Source: Candidatus Eiseniibacteriota bacterium (lineage in GTDB: Bacteria; Eisenbacteria; RBG-16-71-46). Taken from it: a stretch of DNA of 19,605 nucleotides. Both the position numbers and the translations under genes were made by a program. The stretch's first letter is position 1. Every line of letters starts with the position of its first letter. The DNA lies in contig JANLWX010000012.1 of the NCBI GenBank assembly GCA_031364845.1, positions 1-19,605 of the forward strand, given 5' to 3'. The notes beneath the pieces are model-generated. The model searched no databases and was not told the origin of the DNA. It saw only the letters and a program-made list of their open reading frames with translations. Below, in pieces: positions 1 to 7,987 of the stretch.

Positions 1-179
1 CCCGCGCCGCGCAGCACGATGACGTGCACGTTCTCGTCGAACCGCGCCTGGAGGATCGCGTCGTCCAGGTCGCGCATCATTTCGTAGGTATAGGTGTTCG
101 CCGGCGGGTCGGTCAGCTCGAGCCACGCGACGCCGTTCTTCACCGAGTAGTGGACGAGCTTGGTCTTGGTCGCTTCCAT
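1..179 (-). CDS. Enoyl-CoA hydratase/isomerase (crotonase) family protein, N-terminal part; runs off the window's left edge
   Basis: Not in the ORF track. Manual translation from ATG at 179 gives MEATKTKLVHYSVKNGVAWLELTDPPANTYTYEMMRDLDDAILQARFDENVHVIVLRGA, a typical crotonase N-terminus. SD AGGAG lies at 186-190 on the minus strand. Confidence 0.85.
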   Translation of the reverse strand, partial: MEATKTKLVHYSVKNGVAWLELTDPPANTYTYEMMRDLDDAILQARFDENVHVIVLRGA

Positions 180-287
180 CGAATTCTCCTGTTCGGTCGT
201 TGCGTGTGGTCGTGGCGGGGCCAGAGCGCCGGCCGCGACGATCCCGACTCGTGAAGTGCGGCGGATTATAGGAGGGCCAAGGATCGA

Positions 288-1733
288 CTACCAGCGCCCG
301 CGGCCTCTCCGATCGGTCGGCTGTGAACGGCGCGGTCCGCGTCCATGGACCGGTGCGGCCGGCTCGGACGGTGCGTGTCCCGGTCGCGACGTCGCGGCCG
401 GGCGATCGTCCGAACGGCCGGTCGAAGTGCTCGTGTGTCCGCTGTTGCGCGCGCGCGATTCGCCCGCGGGTGCATGTCCGCCGGATGCCGGCGCGCCGCT
501 GCGGCCGCGCGGTTCGGGACGCCCGTGCGGGGCGCGACCGCGAGGTTCGCGGTGGCGCTCCGGCGCTTCACCGCGCATCGACTGGCCCATCTCGGCGGGG
601 CGCATCTTGTAGTCGAAATCCGGCAGCACCACGCGCGGCAGCGTGCGGCCGAGCGCGCGCTCGATCGCGGCGAGGTCGTCGCGCTCTTCGGGCGACATGA
701 GCGTGAAGGCGTCACCGACCGCATCGACACGGCCGGTGCGGCCGATGCGATGGATGTAATCGTCGGGCGTGTGCGGCACGTCGTAGTTGATGACGTGCGA
801 AATGCCGCGCACGTCGATGCCGCGTGAGGCGATGTCGGTCGCCACCAGAATGCGCACACGGCCGCGCTTGAGATCGAGCAGTGCGCGCTCGCGCTGACCC
901 TGCGTGCGGTCACCGTGAAGTGCGGCGGTCGGATGGCCGCGCTTGACGAGCAGCCGCGCGAGGCGGTCGGCGCCGCGCTTGGTGCGCGTGAAGACGATCA
1001 CACTGTGCAACTCGATGCGGCTCAGCAGTTCGTCGAGCAGATCGACTTTGAGATTGCGCGACACCGGATAGATCGCCTGCGTGATGCCGGCGGCCGGTCG
1101 CGACTGCGGCGCAAGGTCGATGCGGACCGGATCGATCATCGATTCCTTGGCGACCGCGTTGAGCTCCTTGGGCATCGTCGCCGAGAACAGCAGCGTCTGG
1201 CGGTCGCGCGGCGGCGGCAGCAGCTTGAGGATGCGGCGGAGATCCGGAGCGAATCCCATGTCGACCATGCGATCGGCTTCGTCGAGCACCAGCACCTCGA
1301 CGTCGTCGAGGCTCACGGACTGGCGCGTGTTGAGGTCGAGCAGGCGGCCCGGGGTCGCGACCAGAAGATCGACACCTTCATGGCGCAGCATGCGCTCCTG
1401 CGGTCCGATCGGAACGCCTCCGTACACGGCACCGATGTTGAGGCGCGCGTATTTCGCGTAGGTCTTGCCGTTCGCGGTGATCTGCGCGGCGAGCTCGCGC
1501 GTCGGCGTCAGCACGAGCGCGCGCAGGCGGTGCGGTCCGTCGATCATCTGCGACAGGATCGGCAGAACGAATGCGGCCGTCTTGCCGGTGCCGGTCTGAG
1601 CGGCGCCGATCAGATCGTTGCCCTCGAGGATCACGGGGATCGCGCGGCGCTGAATGGGTGTGGGCTCGGTATAACCCGCGGAACGGACAGCTTTGAGAAT
1701 GAGGGGGTGGAGCCCCAGTTGCGCAAACGGCAT
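288..1733 (-). CDS. DEAD-box ATP-dependent RNA helicase (RhlE-like) with a basic low-complexity C-terminal tail
   Basis: Q motif PTPIQ, AQTGTGKT, PTRELA, TPGRL, DEAD, SAT, ASRGID and HRIGRTGR. Start chosen at MPFAQLGL (ATG 1733), which has GGGGAG upstream. Confidence 0.95.
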   Translation of the reverse strand: MPFAQLGLHPLILKAVRSAGYTEPTPIQRRAIPVILEGNDLIGAAQTGTGKTAAFVLPILSQMIDGPHRLRALVLTPTRELAAQITANGKTYAKYARLNIGAVYGGVPIGPQERMLRHEGVDLLVATPGRLLDLNTRQSVSLDDVEVLVLDEADRMVDMGFAPDLRRILKLLPPPRDRQTLLFSATMPKELNAVAKESMIDPVRIDLAPQSRPAAGITQAIYPVSRNLKVDLLDELLSRIELHSVIVFTRTKRGADRLARLLVKRGHPTAALHGDRTQGQRERALLDLKRGRVRILVATDIASRGIDVRGISHVINYDVPHTPDDYIHRIGRTGRVDAVGDAFTLMSPEERDDLAAIERALGRTLPRVVLPDFDYKMRPAEMGQSMRGEAPERHREPRGRAPHGRPEPRGRSGAPASGGHAPAGESRARNSGHTSTSTGRSDDRPAATSRPGHAPSEPAAPVHGRGPRRSQPTDRRGRGRW

Positions 1734-1985
1734 GACGTACTCCCCGGATGGAGGATGGACCGGGCGGAGCGGGCGTCGTGCCCGCGGGCAGGGTCTCAAG
1801 TAGTTGATAGCTCCGGCAGTATCGCTTACCACGGGACCGAAACCAATGACGGCGTGTCAGGTCGGCCGCAACTCGGTGACGGGGCGGGGGCGCCGGCCCG
1901 CGAACGAAGGGCCGCAACACTCTTCGCCCCACCCGCTCGAAAACCCGCAATCATTGAGAGATTCGAGACCGCGGAAAAAAATAGA

Positions 1986-2025
1986 TCGACACGGCTCACG
2001 AGTTCATCGTATATTGACGATGGAC
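1986..2025 (+). promoter_or_regulatory. Putative arsR promoter with an overlapping palindromic operator
   Basis: TCGACA (1986-1991) and TATATT (2010-2015) as -35/-10. The inverted repeat CATCGT-N6-ACGATG (2005-2022) overlaps the -10, as expected for ArsR/SmtB autorepression. Confidence 0.6.
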
Positions 2026-2040
2026 GATTTGGAGGAGCCA

Positions 2041-2358
2041 ATGAGCACATTGAAAACGCACACGATCGAGACCACCCCGAAGCCACTTTCGGAGATCCAC
2101 CACGAAATCGCGGGCTATGCCAAGGCACTCGGCCATCCCGCGCGCGTCGCCATCCTCCGGCTATTGATCGAGTGCGGCGACTGCATGTGCGGCAACATCG
2201 TCAGCCGAATTCCCCTCGCCCAGGCCACGGTCTCTCAGCACCTCAAGGTGCTGAAGGACGCGGGCCTGATTCGCGGCGAGATCGATCCTCCGCGCGTCTG
2301 CTACTGCGTCAATCCGGAAGCCGTGAAGCAGTTGAAGAAGCTGATTTCGAGTCTGTAA
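2041..2358 (+). CDS. arsR: ArsR/SmtB-family metalloregulator
   Basis: KALGHPARVAIL...CMCGNIV...LAQATVSQHLKVLKDAGLI winged HTH, with Cys clusters CGDCMC and CYC. SD GGAGGAG precedes ATG 2041, and the gene sits directly upstream of arsM. Confidence 0.92.
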   Translation: MSTLKTHTIETTPKPLSEIHHEIAGYAKALGHPARVAILRLLIECGDCMCGNIVSRIPLAQATVSQHLKVLKDAGLIRGEIDPPRVCYCVNPEAVKQLKKLISSL

Positions 2359-2408
2359 TGCACATTGATGCATATCATCAACCGACCCATCCTCAAGGAG
2401 CGACCATC

Positions 2409-3200
2409 ATGATCGATTCGAGCGAAACCAAAGACATCCGCGTGACCGTGCGCGAGAAGTACGGCGCCATCGCCGAGGGCAAAGAGTCCGGATGCTGCGG
2501 ATCCGGGTGCTGCGGCGGCGAGACCGGCGTGCTCGACCAGATCGGCTACAGCGCGGACCAGGCCGAAGCGGTTCCCGAGGGCTCGAACCTCGGACTCGGT
2601 TGCGGCAACCCGCTCGCCTTCGCCGATGCGAAGGCGGGCGAGACCGTCCTCGATCTCGGTTCGGGCGCCGGCATCGACTGCTTCCTCGCGTCCAAGGAAG
2701 TCGGGCCCCAGGGCAAAGTGATCGGCGTCGACATGACCCCGGCGATGCTCGAGCGCGCGCGCGCGAATGCGGCGAAGCACGCGTACACGAACGTCGAGTT
2801 CCGGCTCGGGGAGATCGAGCATCTTCCGGTCGCCGACGCCACCGTGGACCTCGTGATCTCGAACTGCGTCGTCAACCTGTCGCCCAACAAGCCGCAGGCG
2901 TTCCGGGAGGCGTTCCGCGCGCTCAAGCCGGGCGGGCGGCTGCTGGTGAGCGACCTCGTGCTCACCCGCGAGCTCGATCCCGAATTGCAGAAGAACGTCG
3001 ATCTCTACGTGGGCTGTGTCGCCGGCGCCTCGCTCAAGGACGAGTATCTGCGCCACATCCGCGAGGCGGGATTTTCTTCGGTCGAGATCGTGAACGAGAG
3101 CGGCTACGCCGTCGGGATCGAGAACCTGGCCGAAGGCAGCCGCGAGCGCGCGGCGTTCGACGCGGTGGTTTCAGTGAAGGTGCGGGCGTTCAAGCGCTGA
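2409..3200 (+). CDS. arsM: Arsenite S-adenosylmethionine methyltransferase
   Basis: LGLGCGNP, VLDLGSGAGID SAM-binding motif, GVDMT, ISNCVVNL, GCVAGA and N-terminal CC pairs. SD AAGGAG at 2395-2400. Confidence 0.93.
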   Translation: MIDSSETKDIRVTVREKYGAIAEGKESGCCGSGCCGGETGVLDQIGYSADQAEAVPEGSNLGLGCGNPLAFADAKAGETVLDLGSGAGIDCFLASKEVGPQGKVIGVDMTPAMLERARANAAKHAYTNVEFRLGEIEHLPVADATVDLVISNCVVNLSPNKPQAFREAFRALKPGGRLLVSDLVLTRELDPELQKNVDLYVGCVAGASLKDEYLRHIREAGFSSVEIVNESGYAVGIENLAEGSRERAAFDAVVSVKVRAFKR

Positions 3201-4063
3201 AACATGCACCGCAATGCAAACGAGATCGGCCCGCGTGGCCCCCGCGGGCTCGAGACACCGCGGTGGCCCGCGGCATGGTCTGCGATCGACCGCGCGGGGT
3301 GCTGGATGCGGGCATCACCGATCCCAGGCGACTGCATTCCGGTCGGACGCTCGGCTCGACGTTTGATCGCGGCCAGCCATTGACCCCGCAGCATCGCGCT
3401 TCCCGGATAAACCACACGCCAGTACGCGTCGAACTTCCTGCGCGCATGCAGGTCCGTGCATAGGACGCGGGTTTCCGTGATCACCTTGCACCAGCCGTTG
3501 CCCTCGTCCCTCACCCGGACGTTCATGGCGACCTTGGCGTAGCGGGGATCCTTGAAGGTGCGGAACTGCGCGGATGTGCGGAGCGGAACCGTCCGGTTCG
3601 CCCAGTACTGGCCGATCGTGCCGACCACGAGCTCGCGGCCGGGCTGCTCCGCCAGCACGACGAAATGCTGGCCCTTCATCAATTCGAGGATCGGACGGCG
3701 CATCAAGGCGTCGCTCGGGCGCCGCATTCCGGGCGAGTGGGCCCACAGCAAAGGGACGAATCCGCGCACTTCGTTCGGCCGCACGGCATGGATCGCGGCG
3801 AAGATCTCGCGCGGTGTGGCGCGGATCCTCTCCCAGTGCGTCTCGTGAAAGTGGTCGGTCGGAACGAACGCATCGATCAACTGGCGCGTGTTCGCGGTGC
3901 GCGCTTCGGCTCCGGGGAGCGCGAACCCGAGCGCCACGCACGCGATACCGGTGAAGGCCAGCGCCAGGGCGCGCCGCCGGCTGAACACGCGCAGCGTGAA
4001 CAGCACCCCGAGTACTCCGGTCACAACGAGCGCTGCTCCCGCCCAGATCAGGAACGACATCAT
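3104..4063 (-). CDS. Membrane-anchored DUF2867-like/SRPBCC-like protein
   Basis: Two N-terminal hydrophobic helices, then DHFHETH...ELVVGTIGQYW...TETRV..TD..ARRKF..YWRVVYPGS...WLAAIKRRAE. SD GGAGGAG at 4074-4080; start is GTG 4069 or ATG 4063. Confidence 0.7.
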   Translation of the reverse strand: MMSFLIWAGAALVVTGVLGVLFTLRVFSRRRALALAFTGIACVALGFALPGAEARTANTRQLIDAFVPTDHFHETHWERIRATPREIFAAIHAVRPNEVRGFVPLLWAHSPGMRRPSDALMRRPILELMKGQHFVVLAEQPGRELVVGTIGQYWANRTVPLRTSAQFRTFKDPRYAKVAMNVRVRDEGNGWCKVITETRVLCTDLHARRKFDAYWRVVYPGSAMLRGQWLAAIKRRAERPTGMQSPGIGDARIQHPARSIADHAAGHRGVSSPRGPRGPISFALRCMFQRLNARTFTETTASNAARSRLPSARFSIPTA

Positions 4064-4228
4064 TGCCACGTTTCTCCTCCGCGTCCGTGCGGAATTCGGC
4101 GTCTTGGGGAACTCAGCGGCACCAGCATGCGCCGTCGCCGCCCGCAGCACAATCGGGGTTCGTGGCACCCGAAGGGTGCACTCCGGCGGCGTTCGTCGCT
4201 CGCGGCCCGCGCCGCAGCGGACCGCAGC

Positions 4229-5056
4229 TCACTCGAAGCGCTGCGCTGCTGAACTCGCCGCATGCGCCCGCGCGCCGAACACCGCCGGCCGCTTCTCGAC
4301 GAACGCCCTCAGTCCCTCGGCAGCGTCCGGCGAGTCCCAGCACTGCTGCTGGGCTTCGGTTTCGGCCTCGAGACATTCGCTGAGCGTCCGCCCTCCGGCC
4401 GCACGCAACGTTCGCTTCGCCAGGCGCACGCTCGTCTCCGGTGCCGCCGCGAGACGGCGCGCGATCCGATCGACTTCCGCGGCGAACTGTTCTTGCGCGA
4501 TGACACGATTGACGAGCCCGATCGATTGCGCCTCCAGCGCATCGATGACGTCTGCGAGCCAGCACAGCTCCATCGCCTTCGCCGGTCCCACCAGCCGCGT
4601 CAGGAAATACGAGCCACCCCAGTCGACGTGCAGCCCGATGCGCGCGAACGATTCACCGAACGTCGCCTGATCCGATGCGATCCGCAGATCACAGGCGAGC
4701 GCCAGATTCATTCCGGCACCCGCCGCGGGACCGTTGACGGCCGCGAGCGTGGGAAACGGCAGCGCATCGAGACGCGTGACGACCGCGCGGCCGGCGTCGA
4801 GCAGTGGCCGCAATTCTTCGAAGCCTGCGTCGCGCTGTTTGAGCTCGACCATGTGCTTCACGTCGCCCCCCGCGCAGAATGCCCGCCCGGCGCCGGTGAT
4901 CACGAGCACGCGCACTGAAGGGTCCGCGGCGATGCGATCGAGCGCCGCGACCATCTGTTCGCGCATGTCGCCGGCGAACGCGTTGAGCTTGGCGGGATTG
5001 TTGAGCGTGAGGGTTGCGATGCCATCAAGAACGGAGCTGAGCACGAGTTCGGACAT
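4229..5056 (-). CDS. Enoyl-CoA hydratase/isomerase, PaaG-like
   Basis: AFCAGGD, AVNGPAAGAGMNLALACD and FARIGLHVDWGGSYFL (Asp at the PaaG-type catalytic position), ending EGLRAFVEKR. Start MSELVL at ATG 5056. Confidence 0.9.
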   Translation of the reverse strand: MSELVLSSVLDGIATLTLNNPAKLNAFAGDMREQMVAALDRIAADPSVRVLVITGAGRAFCAGGDVKHMVELKQRDAGFEELRPLLDAGRAVVTRLDALPFPTLAAVNGPAAGAGMNLALACDLRIASDQATFGESFARIGLHVDWGGSYFLTRLVGPAKAMELCWLADVIDALEAQSIGLVNRVIAQEQFAAEVDRIARRLAAAPETSVRLAKRTLRAAGGRTLSECLEAETEAQQQCWDSPDAAEGLRAFVEKRPAVFGARAHAASSAAQRFE

Positions 5057-5242
5057 GGAGAATATTTCCTGGGTGATGCACCGTACGTCGAGGGCAATGG
5101 GTTTGGCGCGCACGAATCGAGGTACGGCCACACATCCCGTAGCATGTCCAGGGCGGCAGGCGAGTGCTCTGCGCAGGCCGCAGCATACCAGCGTCGATCG
5201 CCCAACTCTTGCAGGGGCTTGACCACTAGGCGCACGCGGCCC

Positions 5243-5271
5243 TTGACTCCTGCCCGGCACGCGCCGATGCT
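5243..5271 (+). promoter_or_regulatory. Putative sigma70 promoter for the leader peptide/metal-uptake operon
   Basis: TTGACT (5243-5248), 17-nt spacer, GATGCT (5266-5271). The predicted TSS falls at about the GTG 5277 start. Confidence 0.5.
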
Positions 5272-5276
5272 TCCCC

Positions 5277-5591
5277 GTGATGCGTCCCGTTTCCCGATCT
5301 TTGACCGGCTTCGACGCCACTCTGCGAAGCCTGCGCGCGCTCATCGTGCTGTTCACGGTGGTCGTGCTCTCGGGCGCGCTGTGGGTGGTGGGAACGCATC
5401 ACCACGCTCCGTCCGGTGCCCACACGTGCGCCGTATGCACGGTCGCGCATGCACCCTCGATCGTCGATGCCTCCGCCACGGGCGTTGCGGCACCGCGCCC
5501 CGTCGCTACCCGCATCATCGAGAACTCCTTCCCCGCTCCCGTGCCGGTTGCATTCGGAATCGCGTCGAGCCGGGCACCACCACAGAGCTAG
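5277..5591 (+). CDS. Small DUF2946/CruR-like leader protein (TM helix, HHH, CxxC, C-terminal RAPP); putative ribosome-arrest peptide
   Basis: Hydrophobic LIVLFTVVVLSGALWVVG, then THHHAPSGAHTCAVCTVAH, a Pro/Ala-rich linker and SRAPPQS-stop. Lies directly upstream of metal-transport genes. Confidence 0.8.
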   Translation: MMRPVSRSLTGFDATLRSLRALIVLFTVVVLSGALWVVGTHHHAPSGAHTCAVCTVAHAPSIVDASATGVAAPRPVATRIIENSFPAPVPVAFGIASSRAPPQS

Positions 5592-5706
5592 CTCCTACGG
5601 ATCCGTGCGCGGAATCGATCCGCGCGCCTTCACGGACCTGAGTTCATGCCCCGCGTGAAATTTTCCCGCGGGGTCGTGGACATTGCAGGAGTGGGCATCC
5701 ATGAAC
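5592..5706 (+). promoter_or_regulatory. Structured intercistronic leader with an anti-SD sequence
   Basis: CTCCT (5592-5596) is complementary to SD AGGAG (5687-5691). Two internal hairpins (5602-5636 and 5649-5673) bring them together, and GTTCAT (5642-5647) can pair with ATGAAC (5701-5706). Confidence 0.6.
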
Positions 5707-6888
5707 ACTTTCTTCTGGTGTCGGGGCGCATCACGCGCCGTCTTCGCAACGGCGGCTCTCGCATGCGCGATCGCATGGGGCGCCGAATGCGCCGGCGCCC
5801 AGCCGGCTTCCGATACCACGGGCACCGCGGAGCCGTTGGCGGTTGCTCCATCGGCATCTTCTGGCGCTGATGCCACGCAGTTTCCGAGCGGAGCGCCGCC
5901 GGCAGGGTCCTCGATCACCAACCCGGCAATCAGCGTGATCGGATGGTTCCAGGCCACGGCCGGTAACGATCCGGGTGCGGCGGAACACGCATTCGAACTG
6001 CACGAGGCCGAACTCGCGTTCCAGGCTGCGGTCGATCCGTTCACACGGGCGGACTTCTTCATGGCTGCGACTCCCGCCGGGCTCGAAGTCGAGGAGGGCT
6101 ATATCACGTGGCTCGCCCTCCCTTTCAACGCGCAGGCAAAGGTCGGAAAGTTTCGCGCGGACCTCGGCAAGTTCAACCGCACGCACGTCCCCGAAACCCC
6201 GTTCGCAGACCGGCCGCTCTCGGCGGCAGCATTCCTCGGCGACGAGGGCCTCGTGACCAGCGGGGTCGCGTTGTCGACGCTCATCTCCAACCCGTTGGGA
6301 CTCTACTGGGATGCCACCGCGAACATCGGCAACCTTCCGGACGCCGATGAGCAACCCGTATTCGAGCGCGCGACACGATCGGACGTACTCGCACTCGGCC
6401 GTACGAGCGTGTTCGTGCCGGCGGGCGCCGCGGCCGACTTCAACTTTGGCGTCTCCTACGCAAATGGTTCGAACCGCGAGGTCGCGCGCGAAAGCGAAGG
6501 CAATCGCGCTCAACTCGCCACGGCCGACGTCACGTTCCGCTGGAAGAACCCGAGGCGCAGCATCTATCGCTCGCTCGTGACTCAGGCAGAGTTCACAGGA
6601 CTTCAGGGCTCACGCGAGGGCGCCGAGCGCTACACCGGAGCGTTCGCGTACGCGCTCTACCAGTTCGCGCGTCAATGGAAGTGCGGCGGCCGCTACGACT
6701 GGACCGAGACTCCGGGCGTGCACGAGAACTCGACCGGAGCACTCGCGTTGCTGCAATACCAGCCGAGCGAATTCAGCACGATGAGCGTGCAGTTGCGCCG
6801 CGTGTGGGAACCCGGCGATCGCTCGCGTGACGCTGCGTTCTTCAAATGGACGTTCAATATCGGACCGCATGGCGCGCATCCCTACTGA
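5701..6888 (+). CDS. Putative outer-membrane beta-barrel associated with metal uptake, His-containing C-terminus
   Basis: Signal peptide, low-complexity linker, NPAISVIG, EAELAFQAAVDPF, VEEGY, GKFRADLGKFN.TH, amphipathic beta-strand pattern and C-terminal FNIGPHGAHPY. SD AGGAG before ATG 5701. Confidence 0.75.
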   Translation: MNTFFWCRGASRAVFATAALACAIAWGAECAGAQPASDTTGTAEPLAVAPSASSGADATQFPSGAPPAGSSITNPAISVIGWFQATAGNDPGAAEHAFELHEAELAFQAAVDPFTRADFFMAATPAGLEVEEGYITWLALPFNAQAKVGKFRADLGKFNRTHVPETPFADRPLSAAAFLGDEGLVTSGVALSTLISNPLGLYWDATANIGNLPDADEQPVFERATRSDVLALGRTSVFVPAGAAADFNFGVSYANGSNREVARESEGNRAQLATADVTFRWKNPRRSIYRSLVTQAEFTGLQGSREGAERYTGAFAYALYQFARQWKCGGRYDWTETPGVHENSTGALALLQYQPSEFSTMSVQLRRVWEPGDRSRDAAFFKWTFNIGPHGAHPY

Positions 6889-6939
6889 TGATCACGCGCG
6901 ATGCAATCGCGCGTTTCTCTTTGGAATAGGAGCCACACG

Positions 6940-7935
6940 ATGATCCCACTCTTCTCTTCAATCTGGTGCGCGTCGCAACTCACGCGGCGCAACGCGACCG
7001 CGGTGCTCCTCGGTTTCACGCTGTCCCTCGGCGCGCTGCCCGCCGGGCACGGCATGCTCGTCAGCCAGGCGCTCGCCGCGGCGAAACCGCTATCGGTCAT
7101 CACCACGACCGAGGATCTCGCGGCCATCGCGCGCGAAGTCGGCGGCGACCGCGTCAAGGTCACGTCGCTCGCGCGCGGATTTCAGGATCCGCACTTCGTT
7201 GACGCCAAGCCTTCGTACATGGTCGCGCTCAAGAACGCGGATCTGTTCGTCGAGGTCGGCCGCGAACTGGAAGTCGGATGGGCGCCCGGGCTGCTGAGTG
7301 GCGCGCGCAATCCGAAGATCCTCCCCGGCGCAACGGGATTCATCGATGCCTCGGCGCAGGTTCAGGTGATCGAAGTCCCGTCATCGGTGAGCCGTTCGCA
7401 GGGGGACGTCCATCCGTACGGCAACCCGCACTACTGGCTCGATCCCGCAAACGGCGCAGGGATTGCTCGCGCGATCCGTGACGGACTGAAGCGCGCATCG
7501 CCCGCCGATGCCGCGGGGTTCGATGCGCGCTGCGTCGACTTCGAGAAGCGCCTGGCCATCGCGGTCGTGCGCTGGAAACAGACAGCGAAATCGATCGGAC
7601 TCGAGGGCATGAAGGTCGTGACCTACCATCGCTCGTGGTCCTACTTCGCGCGCGCGTTCGGGCTCGACGTCGTCGACTTCGTCGAGCCGCGGCCGGGCAT
7701 CTCGCCGTCCCCGAACCATCTGCGCGAACTGGTCGGCCTGATGAAGGCGCAGAACGTGAAGCTGCTGGTGATGGAACCGTTCTTCGACCCGCGCCTGCCG
7801 CAGAAGATCGCAAAGGACACCGGTGCACCGCTGGTGATCGTTCCGACCTCGGTAGGCGCCGAAGAAGGCATCAAGACCTACTTCGACCTGTTCGACCATC
7901 AGCTCGAGCGGATCCGCCGGAGCCTGACGCGGTGA
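6940..7935 (+). CDS. Zn/Mn-type ABC substrate-binding protein (ZnuA/TroA, cluster A-I)
   Basis: QDPHF, GDVHPYGNPHYWLDP, TYHRSWSYF and EPRPGISPS motifs, plus an N-terminal signal region. SD AGGAG at 6928-6932. Confidence 0.92.
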   Translation: MIPLFSSIWCASQLTRRNATAVLLGFTLSLGALPAGHGMLVSQALAAAKPLSVITTTEDLAAIAREVGGDRVKVTSLARGFQDPHFVDAKPSYMVALKNADLFVEVGRELEVGWAPGLLSGARNPKILPGATGFIDASAQVQVIEVPSSVSRSQGDVHPYGNPHYWLDPANGAGIARAIRDGLKRASPADAAGFDARCVDFEKRLAIAVVRWKQTAKSIGLEGMKVVTYHRSWSYFARAFGLDVVDFVEPRPGISPSPNHLRELVGLMKAQNVKLLVMEPFFDPRLPQKIAKDTGAPLVIVPTSVGAEEGIKTYFDLFDHQLERIRRSLTR

Positions 7936-7987
7936 CGCGCGGATCGTCCACACACACGCGCCGCCACCGTCACCGCGGAGGCCGGCC

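Noticed and set aside
1804..2040. N-terminal extension of ArsR (184-aa ORF)
   Set aside because: It covers the promoter/operator. The strong SD points to ATG 2041.
2365..2381. FNR box
   Set aside because: TTGAT and ATCAA are separated by 7 nt, not the required 4.
915..2408. 761-aa ORF suggesting a long N-terminal fusion to ArsM
   Set aside because: The upstream part is the antisense shadow of the helicase plus an off-frame read of arsR. ArsM has its own SD and ATG at 2409.
5057..5356. 100-aa extension of the crotonase ORF
   Set aside because: It spans the divergent promoter region and overlaps the leader ORF. Family similarity begins at MSELV.
6979..7010. Tat signal (TRRNA) on the substrate-binding protein
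   Set aside because: It lacks the FL of the S/T-RR-x-FLK consensus and cannot be supported without a predictor.
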